27,362 bases of DNA from a virus. Taxonomy: Duplodnaviria; Caudoviricetes. The position numbers and the translations under genes were made by a program. Positions 20,001 to 27,061 of the stretch are shown here, in pieces; the first letter of the stretch is position 1, and each line of letters opens with the position of its first letter. The stretch lies in the IMG/VR virus record IMGVR_UViG_3300021335_001376, positions 1 to 27,362 of that record; one strand, written 5' to 3'. Under the pieces are notes generated by a model. The model had not been told where the DNA came from, did not search any database, and saw only the letters and a program-made list of their open reading frames with translations.

Positions 20001-23000
20001 ATCTGATCCTGCCGCAACTAAACCAAAGTTACCATTTGCGTTAGAACAGTTAAGAGCTCTAATCTCTGAACCGTTGTTACTAAAGAATGCTGTATGGTTA
20101 TAGTAAGTAAATGTTGAAACTTGCTCTGACAGTGCCGCGTTGTTACAGAACAATCCGTAACCTAAATCGTTAACCTGAGTATAGTCGTTTGCCAACATAC
20201 TTCTGTTACCAGCTGTTTGAATATAAATTGCTTGAGGGAATGATGTATCAGTATACCCATTACCTTCATTTGAAAGTTTGTTAATTAATAATTTTGCTGT
20301 ACCTGTTCCGCCATCGTAATCTGAAACAGCATCAACTTGATAACGTACACCATTAATAAAGAATGGAGCAGGTGTTTGTGGTTTTCTAATTCTTAAACCT
20401 GTACCTGCATCTGATTGTACATTAAGTGTATAGTTGTCGTCTTTGCTTGTAATCTTAGTTTCTAAGTTACCTGCAAATCCGTCAATGTACATACCACCTC
20501 TAAAGGCTTGTTTGTTTACACTTCCTGAGAACGATCCACAAACCTGTGTGTATGGTGATTTAACTAGAACTTGTCCTGCTGGATCAAGTACCTGTGCAAA
20601 TCCACCGTGTCCTTGGAATGACATGTTTGCTAATCTTGTAGCATCGTTCATTAAGAACACATCCATTTGATTATTCAGTTTAGGTGTACTTGTTGGATCA
20701 GCTGGGTCAGTTAAGTAATGGTAACCGTAGTTACGTGTTTGTTTAACATGCCAAGCACCGCTTGCAATACCACTTAGGTTTGGAAGTACGTCTGTTGTTA
20801 GTGTAACGTCAAAACTACTTCCGCCATCAGCATTACTAATAAGTCCAACAGCACCATTGTCTGTGTAGAACCAAGCACCATCCCATGCAATAGGAGCAAT
20901 GTTGTCTGCTGGAGTAACTGTGATAACACCGCCAGCTTCGTTAGTACCTGTCATAGTAATTGCTTGTGGTGTTGCTAAGTCTGCACCTGTATAGTCTGTA
21001 ATTTTTAAATTGTCTAGTAACTTGTCTCTATAGAAATAAGTGTTTGCCCAAGGTGATTGTGAAATTCTTGGAGCAGGTCTAATTTGACAACGTCTAAAGT
21101 CAGAACCTTTAATAGATACGTTAGCAGGAACTTTCAACGGATAGTCTTCGTAGTAAATACCTGTTTCAACGTGTACAGTAATTTGTTTCTCTTTAGTTCC
21201 GTTACCGTATTCTAGTTCTTCACCAATTCTAAAATCTCTTGGCTCAACTAGTACAACTTCACATCTATCATATGCTGTGCCGCCTAAGTCTACACCACTT
21301 GTGTATTTTACAATACGTCCTCTAGCGCCTGATGTCTTACCAACAATAATTTTACCTGGGAGGATATCAACGTTAGTATTAACACCTTGGTCAGTACTAT
21401 CATTACCAGTACCATTGCCAAAGTCAATTGTGTATGTACTTCCTTCAACTAGTGTGTAATTATTTCTAGCGGCGAATCCATTTTCTAAAATGTCAAGTAT
21501 AATATCAAATTTAGCATTTAGAGCATCTTTAACTTGTGTTGATACATCGTTAATAGAAGAGTCAAACCATTGTGGAATAAGTGTTGTATAATCTGTAGGA
21601 TACAGTTTAGTACCTTCGTAGCCTGTACATTCAAATGTAATACTATCAAGTACAACAATATCACCTGCACCTAAACCGTGTCCTGTGGTCGTTGTAATTA
21701 TACCTTTACCTGTAACATTGTCGTAATTAAAACCACTAATGTTAAATGTGTTACCACCAAATGTCACAGTACCACCACTTACGTATGTGTGTACAACAGT
21801 TGATGTACCTACAGCTACTTGGAATGTATTTGTTGTTAAGTTATCTGATTCAACAGCAAATCTTTTACTTTGTGTTAGTAAGTCAATATTTTGTACTACA
21901 CTATTAACAATAGCTTTAGCTTTTGTCATAGCCGCTCTAGTTTCTTGTCCTTGACTAATACGTGCTCTAGCACCTGAACTTGTACTAAAGTAGCGTGTAG
22001 CCGCTTGTATAGCGTTGTAGTTACTGTTTGTACCGTTACCAATATCAATAATCATTCCATCAATAATAAGGCCAACGTCACGTTCACATGTGTTGTCTAC
22101 TACAGGTGGTTGCTCTGGTGCTACTAATGAATTAAGTCCATTAGTTATAACATTTGTAATTACACTTGTTAATGTGCTTGCTCTATTTGCAACATCATTA
22201 ACACCTGTTCCACTTTCACATGCAAGTGATGTAATAACCTGTGGTAAACTTTCTGGGTATACTTTTGCTACTGTAGATCCTTCAAATGTACAAGTAACAT
22301 TAATGCCTGCAAGTGTCACAACATTAGTTGCACTTAATCCGTGATTACCAACAGTTGTAATACTAGCAATACCTGTTGCTTCGTTATAAGCAAATGTGCT
22401 TACCGGTAATACTGTGGCATCTGATTTAGTTACTGTACCGCCGTTTACATATACGTTTGCATAACTACTGCGTCCAATATAAAATTGGAAACTGTTTGCT
22501 GTTAAATTTTGATCATCAACAACAAATGTACCTTGCTTACTTGAATACGCTGTATTAGATAATACGTTGTTTACAACAAGATCTCTTGCAAATTCAATTG
22601 CCGCGTTTGTTTGTGCAATCTGATCAGCAGTACCTAAACCTGCAACACCTACAGCATTTTGCATGCCTGCTAGATAACTTGCGGCCATTCTGCGTGTTTC
22701 AATGTTTCCGCCTCTTGATAAATCATTAATCCATGCATCAACAATATAACCTACATCACGTTTACATTTTGCACTACTGTAATCAAAGTTATTCCATATA
22801 CCAGCACCTCCGGCGTTTCCAACATTGTGATTAATCCAGTATGTTACTTCTTCTTGGATAAACTTTTTGTTTTGTGCTAGAATTGCTTCTGCGTTTGGAT
22901 TTTGTACACTTGTTGAATTATAAGAAAGATTTGGAAATGTATCGTTTACATAATCAAGTACTGCTTTTTGAATAAATCTTTTGTTTTCTCTTAGGTAAGT

Positions 23001-24290
23001 TTGTGCATGGTAGGCCGCAGTGTTTTGTGTTGTTGGTCCTACACCTGTAACAAGCGAAATATTCTTACCATTATTATATGTAATTGTTTGTCTATAAGCA
23101 CCTGGTTCAATAGGAGCACTTTCAATAACTTCTTCCGCTTTCATTAGAGCGGCTTTTAAACTACCATATGCGTATCCTAGTCCCCGTCCTTCAAGTCCTA
23201 CCGGAGTACGTGCTTGTGTGTCGTCACCTTGTTTAGTTACAAATATATCTTCTGTTGAACTGTAACTATTGTTGTCAACATATAATTTTGTTGCGGCTTG
23301 TTTGTCTTTTATATCACCAGTGTCTATTCCTGCTAAGTCACCTGGATGATCATGCAAGTATAATGCACCTGTCATGTCATCACCTTGACGTCTTACAGTT
23401 GCACTTCTAGGTAAAGTTTCGTCTGTTTTGTAGAAGCCGTAATATGCATCATCGTACGCTGTATCTCTAACAATGTCTGTACCTGTTACTGATGTTTGTG
23501 TACCTAGTGCAATATTAATTTTAACACGAGTAGTATCGTTATTGTTTTGTGCTTCTGCTTTAGTAGAGTGTAAACTTAGTTGATCTTCACTTACCCATCT
23601 TACATAATAATCTGTAGAATTTGTTAATCCGTTTGGCGCTGAACCTGTTGTTGAATATTTCCATTTAGTTCCGTTAATACTCCAATCAAACCCATGATTG
23701 TTAATTACAACATTACCTGCTCTATATTCTGCAATAGTTTTAGTGTACTCACTTGCGTTTGCAGGTTCTGATCTAGCATATACAGGTTTTGTTGGTTCAA
23801 AGGTTGTGTTTGGTGCGTAGTATTGATCTTGGAATTTTTTATCTGTTACAATATCATTAATTGTAATTGCACTACCATGTGTAGTATTAAATTCTGCAAT
23901 AGCTTCTGGTGATGTAGCAATTTTACCAATAGCATAAACTTGGTTACCACTTACAGGTCCACCAAATATTGGACTTGTGTCAGCGTTAATGTTAGCACCA
24001 GTGTTAGTAATAGTAATATTACTTGCACTTGAATTGTCAATACTAATACCTGTTCCTGCTGAAAGCGTTTTAGCTAGGATTTCAGTACCAGTTGTATTAC
24101 CAATTAATACGCCACCTGGTGTAATTCCTGTTGGTGTATCGTTAAGTGCGGTAAAACTAATTGTTCCACCTTGTCCAAACACAGCATATAGTTCTGTGAA
24201 GTTCTCGTTTGCTTTACGGAACGCTTCACGTATACTATCACCTGTACCGTCGTTACCCTCAACACCTAAATAAATATCTTGTTTTGCCAT
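17088..24290 (-). CDS. Giant tail fibre/spike: gp10-like N-terminus, pectin-lyase-like beta-helix, C-terminal autocleaving chaperone (peptidase G2-like)
   Basis: GNDGTGDSIREAFRKANENFTELY; VETGIYYEDYPLKVPANVSIKG; ADLAENY...VAGVVSTNP...LQGRVPCKV..KGD.IVSS. Confidence 0.82.
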   Translation of the reverse strand: MAKQDIYLGVEGNDGTGDSIREAFRKANENFTELYAVFGQGGTISFTALNDTPTGITPGGVLIGNTTGTEILAKTLSAGTGISIDNSSASNITITNTGANINADTSPIFGGPVSGNQVYAIGKIATSPEAIAEFNTTHGSAITINDIVTDKKFQDQYYAPNTTFEPTKPVYARSEPANASEYTKTIAEYRAGNVVINNHGFDWSINGTKWKYSTTGSAPNGLTNSTDYYVRWVSEDQLSLHSTKAEAQNNNDTTRVKINIALGTQTSVTGTDIVRDTAYDDAYYGFYKTDETLPRSATVRRQGDDMTGALYLHDHPGDLAGIDTGDIKDKQAATKLYVDNNSYSSTEDIFVTKQGDDTQARTPVGLEGRGLGYAYGSLKAALMKAEEVIESAPIEPGAYRQTITYNNGKNISLVTGVGPTTQNTAAYHAQTYLRENKRFIQKAVLDYVNDTFPNLSYNSTSVQNPNAEAILAQNKKFIQEEVTYWINHNVGNAGGAGIWNNFDYSSAKCKRDVGYIVDAWINDLSRGGNIETRRMAASYLAGMQNAVGVAGLGTADQIAQTNAAIEFARDLVVNNVLSNTAYSSKQGTFVVDDQNLTANSFQFYIGRSSYANVYVNGGTVTKSDATVLPVSTFAYNEATGIASITTVGNHGLSATNVVTLAGINVTCTFEGSTVAKVYPESLPQVITSLACESGTGVNDVANRASTLTSVITNVITNGLNSLVAPEQPPVVDNTCERDVGLIIDGMIIDIGNGTNSNYNAIQAATRYFSTSSGARARISQGQETRAAMTKAKAIVNSVVQNIDLLTQSKRFAVESDNLTTNTFQVAVGTSTVVHTYVSGGTVTFGGNTFNISGFNYDNVTGKGIITTTTGHGLGAGDIVVLDSITFECTGYEGTKLYPTDYTTLIPQWFDSSINDVSTQVKDALNAKFDIILDILENGFAARNNYTLVEGSTYTIDFGNGTGNDSTDQGVNTNVDILPGKIIVGKTSGARGRIVKYTSGVDLGGTAYDRCEVVLVEPRDFRIGEELEYGNGTKEKQITVHVETGIYYEDYPLKVPANVSIKGSDFRRCQIRPAPRISQSPWANTYFYRDKLLDNLKITDYTGADLATPQAITMTGTNEAGGVITVTPADNIAPIAWDGAWFYTDNGAVGLISNADGGSSFDVTLTTDVLPNLSGIASGAWHVKQTRNYGYHYLTDPADPTSTPKLNNQMDVFLMNDATRLANMSFQGHGGFAQVLDPAGQVLVKSPYTQVCGSFSGSVNKQAFRGGMYIDGFAGNLETKITSKDDNYTLNVQSDAGTGLRIRKPQTPAPFFINGVRYQVDAVSDYDGGTGTAKLLINKLSNEGNGYTDTSFPQAIYIQTAGNRSMLANDYTQVNDLGYGLFCNNAALSEQVSTFTYYNHTAFFSNNGSEIRALNCSNANGNFGLVAAGSDPNETVDQITTLRNMQQPGKVFNDETNVYGFGTFAHAAGSFSIFVYDCDYMPYPNSLIDIYTTTGVTTYEVTATSIVAVPTSNIGGYTGATGPTGRKGANLPIYRLSVSGDTGLETAITGAHNPTPSNDTSAYAVLRMNKNHLLDDLTGVTATRPSTAVIFTENPNQVYRSISFNNQDADGTALASDRFQVVMDSPFSHLNLTLRNTEANQNTYAGVGSTMGATVGDVVVAIEKLTAPQIARISNNDMIFTHAGKTHIVANYTDRGDYATIELNELAASNINSNNGLYTGSGIGADLRFSPAATRTIPLSLQDGEPGTITVGISTLRANGHDFDKIGTGGFNTTNYPSIIYGQPTISANQDAEVNERGKGRVFFASTDQDGFFRVGKFFSVDQGTGTVTFAASIAISNLDGLGFRQGVRIQEFSNDDTMADGDPAAVPTEFATEKFIEKRLHFDRDGVIITTGTIGPGAIARDGTTPITGNINAGSNKIYNHSDPTNPQDVTTKSYVDARTPFDTEAIGTDIGNRANNDILMFHGGLYDNHTVTGDVVFTSNGSNVATAAISSEVIVNGDVSPTAGILQSKLAMQAATTRANATGIAQSDLGLAAFDADDFTVTDGWVTLAASAVDFADLPDIAQNTVFARSASGTGDASAISFADIVNTGGSFTTTGVADRIVKTGADGSIDAQKFKLDNYDILDQTNLTMTMKTPGGATVLSTVGTVPSNTTTTFPGTIQVGNTSASASFFQQNSSYGDPSDATQNSPRVASDWMYTSFIEAPGEKTSSSTGIGIGAGTGFSSAGEVAIVANNNTAAVVFKQAAMTPSTNGGYDIGTSALKFGTFHGTATAAQYADLAENYLADAEYEAGTVLVFGGEQEITTTMHKADRKVAGVVSTNPAHLMNSDLHGDYVTALALQGRVPCKVIGAVEKGDIIVSSAIPGYGMVQNDPTVGTVIGKAVGTKDGDEPGFVEVVVGRV

Positions 24291-24293
24291 TTT

Positions 24294-24617
24294 TTAAAAT
24301 CCTACGCTTTCACCACAACCACAGCTACTTGTGCTTGCAGGGTTTTTAATATCAAAGTATGAACCGAATAGTTCTTTTTTATAATCAATAGTTGAGCCTA
24401 GTAAGTACATGATACTAGTACTGTCTATAATAAACTTACCATTTAGTAGGTCTATAACTTCATCGCCTTCTTCTACTTCATCTGCCATTACCCAATCGTA
24501 CTTGAATCCTGCACATCCACCACCTTGCATTTGTAGTTTAATTGCTGTTTTGTCGTTATCTTTGAGTAAGTTAGTCATCTGTTCCTTAGCCGAATCTGTT
24601 AAAAATACCACGCTCAT
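24294..24617 (-). CDS. iscA: A-type Fe-S carrier (IscA/HesB/ErpA family)
   Basis: LTDSA, GGGCAGFKY, L.GSTIDY, NP....CGCGES. Confidence 0.92.
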   Translation of the reverse strand: MSVVFLTDSAKEQMTNLLKDNDKTAIKLQMQGGGCAGFKYDWVMADEVEEGDEVIDLLNGKFIIDSTSIMYLLGSTIDYKKELFGSYFDIKNPASTSSCGCGESVGF

Positions 24618-24633
24618 TTACTGTCTCCTATTG

Positions 24634-24641
24634 TATTTATG
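24634..24641 (-). promoter_or_regulatory. T4-like late promoter CATAAATA
   Basis: Upstream of AGGAGA SD and iscA ATG. Confidence 0.7.
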
Positions 24642-24664
24642 TAATCTTTTATAATCCGAATGTA

Positions 24665-24672
24665 AATAAATA
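24665..24672 (+). promoter_or_regulatory. T4-like late promoter AATAAATA (divergent)
   Basis: Ends 5 nt before ATG 24678; no SD visible. Confidence 0.6.
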
Positions 24673-24677
24673 CAGTT

Positions 24678-24965
24678 ATGTTCAAAAGAATTGAAAAAGA
24701 AGTACGTTTTTACGTTCGCAAGAGCAAGACCGGAAAGAGTCATACATACAAACGTATACGTAGTTATGCTCTATTCCAATGTGATGAATGCCACAATGAC
24801 TTTAAAAGAGAAAAGGGCAAAGTAGACCCGAAGCGTTTAGATAACTTCTATGTCCACGTTTGCCCAGATTGTGATCCTAAGCGTTTTGCTCAACGTAAAG
24901 GTGTTGAACAGCGTAAGATATTAAACTTACCTGCAGGATCTGATATAAGGATTGACGAGATTTAG
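24678..24965 (+). CDS. Basic Zn-ribbon protein
   Basis: CDEC...CPDC; K/R-rich; the only credible plus-strand gene. Confidence 0.8.
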   Translation: MFKRIEKEVRFYVRKSKTGKSHTYKRIRSYALFQCDECHNDFKREKGKVDPKRLDNFYVHVCPDCDPKRFAQRKGVEQRKILNLPAGSDIRIDEI

Positions 24966-25126
24966 TCTTCTTTTTTCCAAATAGTCCATGCACCATATGC
25001 AATAGCCGCATATGCCGCTAGTTTAGCAAATGGTCCTGCAATAAGAACAATAATTCCTAATGCAATAAGAGCCGCTCCATCAATCGATGTACGCTCTTCC
25101 ATTCTTGCTTTGATCCAATTTTTCAT
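24962..25126 (-). CDS. Small two-TM membrane protein, 54 aa, holin-like architecture (not in ORF track)
   Basis: MKNWIKARMEERTSIDGAALIALGIIVLIAGPFAKLAAYAAIAYGAWTIWKKED; AGGAGG SD. Confidence 0.8.
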   Translation of the reverse strand: MKNWIKARMEERTSIDGAALIALGIIVLIAGPFAKLAAYAAIAYGAWTIWKKED

Positions 25127-25128
25127 AA

Positions 25129-25335
25129 TTATCCTCCTAAGATTTCTGTATGTTTGATAGAAGCAAAAGGTATAGGTTGACCGTTTTCGTCAACTACCAT
25201 TTCGCCGTTTACCGATCCACATAGCATTTTACCTTTAGCACCATAATACATTGATGGTTTTATTTCTACGCCATCAATAGCTCTTTTGTAGTTTTTTGGT
25301 TTAGGTTTGCCTGCTGGTCCTCTTTGTCCTGCCAT
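25129..25335 (-). CDS. Small basic hypothetical protein
   Basis: AAGGAG SD and late motif upstream. Confidence 0.75.
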   Translation of the reverse strand: MAGQRGPAGKPKPKNYKRAIDGVEIKPSMYYGAKGKMLCGSVNGEMVVDENGQPIPFASIKHTEILGG

Positions 25336-26363
25336 ATATCTCCTTTGGTTAAGTATTTATGTAGTGCAATACTGGCTAGGTTCTTGCATTTAGACTCGCA
25401 CATAATATCTGCGTAGTCTAAAAACTGTAATGCCCAATCGTTAACTACATTGTTAGGGTAGTAGTCACTGTGGGCTCGTAATTTTGCTTTCTTGTATCCG
25501 CCTTCTAGTAGTGCAGGCATATCAGGCATTGTGTTGTGTGCAAAGTCTGCAGGCAAATGTTCGTTACGACTGTATGAATAATGTATTGCTGGACGTACAC
25601 CACGCCAGCTATCAATTACGCGAGCAAATCTATCGTCGGTGGGAGATATATATTCACCTTCACGGCACCAGTGATGGTGTATGTCGAGTACCAATGCACA
25701 TGTGTCGACAAGTTCAAGGCTGTGTTCGAGGCCCCATTTGTTTTCGTCGTTTTCGATCGTAATGCAGTTTCTCGCTTCTTGAGAAAGTCTTGTGTTAACT
25801 GCGTGTTTGATACCGGCTGGACCTTTCCTGCCGGATATATGGACGTTGCATTTAAAGTCCTGGAATGAGCGTCCATAGCCCATCCACCTGATGACATCGG
25901 TGTGATATTCAAATTCTTCTATGCTCCTCTCAACTATTTCTTCGTTGTCGCTTGCAAGTACAGTAAATTGGCCTGGGTGCATCGATAGTCGGACATCGAG
26001 GGCTCTTGCCTGTTTGCCGACGTTAGCAAAGTTTTTCTCGCAGTAGGCACGTACATCGGGCTTCTGCCAAAAGTAAGACCAATCTGCTTGCGTATATACC
26101 GGTAGCACATCACTACCCAGTCTAACCATACGTAGTTCATTTGGTAATCCTCCTACATAGGTAATAAGGTTCATATACGATTGTATATTGTGAACCATGA
26201 TATCCCACAAACGTTCTTCAGCAACTTCACGTGTCTGCCTATTAAGCCACTGTACTGTTGTGCTACGAGTATTTAGTGGTCGTTGAATTTCTTCTAGTAG
26301 TTTTTTCTTCTGCGTTTGATCGGGGTGCATATATTTGCAGGCAAAGCCTATACGTTTAATCAT
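25266..26363 (-). CDS. uvsE: UV-damage endonuclease (UvsE/UVDE)
   Basis: RIGFAC, RLGSDVLP, RLSMHPGQFTVLAS, IENDE, LDIHHH, HYS, RAHSD, MCESKCKN; start at ATG 26363 (ATGA overlap with upstream stop). Confidence 0.93.
   Translation of the reverse strand: MIKRIGFACKYMHPDQTQKKKLLEEIQRPLNTRSTTVQWLNRQTREVAEERLWDIMVHNIQSYMNLITYVGGLPNELRMVRLGSDVLPVYTQADWSYFWQKPDVRAYCEKNFANVGKQARALDVRLSMHPGQFTVLASDNEEIVERSIEEFEYHTDVIRWMGYGRSFQDFKCNVHISGRKGPAGIKHAVNTRLSQEARNCITIENDENKWGLEHSLELVDTCALVLDIHHHWCREGEYISPTDDRFARVIDSWRGVRPAIHYSYSRNEHLPADFAHNTMPDMPALLEGGYKKAKLRAHSDYYPNNVVNDWALQFLDYADIMCESKCKNLASIALHKYLTKGDIWQDKEDQQANLNQKTTKELLMA
25354..25361 (-). promoter_or_regulatory. T4-like late promoter CATAAATA inside the UVDE 3' end
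   Basis: Same motif and spacing to SD/ATG as the other copies. Confidence 0.65.
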
Positions 26364-27061
26364 AATGTTTTTAATAGTTCCCATGTGTGTACATAATCTC
26401 TTACATTATAGCAGATTCCTAAGTCATTGTCAAGCATTATTTTCTTCAAAGGATAGTCATTTCCTGCAGGATGCATTGCATCTCCAAAGAAATGTAATTC
26501 ATCATTGGGATCAAAATCTACAAGTATTTGACTTTTATCACTACCTAAAGGAAAAATATCAATTCCAGTTTCTCCACCTACTTTTGCTTGTATTTTTGGA
26601 AAACGTTCTTCAAACAGTTCAGCAATTAAATTACGTTCATTATTTTCAATATCGTGCTTTACATATAATTTACGTTCACCCATTGTAGCATTACGTCCTA
26701 CAACACTAAAGTTTACCATACCTGATCGTTCTTCAATATGTAGACCTGTGCGTAACGGAAAACTACTTTCTTCTAGTTTATCTTGTAACCATATTCGAGC
26801 ATCTCTTGGTAATTTCCAATCGTCTACTTTAATTTGTTTACTACCTTCCCATACTTCACTACCTGAACAGTTGTATACACGTTTTGCTAGATTATAAGTT
26901 GCTTCGCTTATTTGTTCTACAGTTTTAGGTTTATCACTACCTGTAACAAGATATACATCATTAGTTAAACAAAATGTATTAAAGAACATTTTAAATTCTA
27001 AATCAATTTGTCCACGACTTGGTGTCAATGTTCCGTCTACATCAAATATAAATTTTTTCAT
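26360..27061 (-). CDS. HAD-IIB phosphomannomutase-like enzyme
   Basis: FDVDGTLTPSR, VTGSD, IEERSGMVNFSVVGRNA, GGETGIDI, FFGD....GNDYP; start at ATG 27061 (ATGA overlap). Confidence 0.85.
   Translation of the reverse strand: MKKFIFDVDGTLTPSRGQIDLEFKMFFNTFCLTNDVYLVTGSDKPKTVEQISEATYNLAKRVYNCSGSEVWEGSKQIKVDDWKLPRDARIWLQDKLEESSFPLRTGLHIEERSGMVNFSVVGRNATMGERKLYVKHDIENNERNLIAELFEERFPKIQAKVGGETGIDIFPLGSDKSQILVDFDPNDELHFFGDAMHPAGNDYPLKKIMLDNDLGICYNVRDYVHTWELLKTL

Noticed and set aside
8159-24654. Many plus-strand ORFs antisense to structural genes (e.g. 11567-12058, 17932-18384)
   Set aside because: Shadow frames of G/S/T/A-rich minus-strand genes; no SD or motifs and V/P/L-biased composition.
24631-24655. 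Plus-strand sigma70 promoter (TTGTAT...TATAAT)
   Set aside because: Spacer is only 13 nt.
25484-26140. Alternative-frame ORFs within uvsE
   Set aside because: Explained by locally higher GC; no recognisable motifs or start signals.
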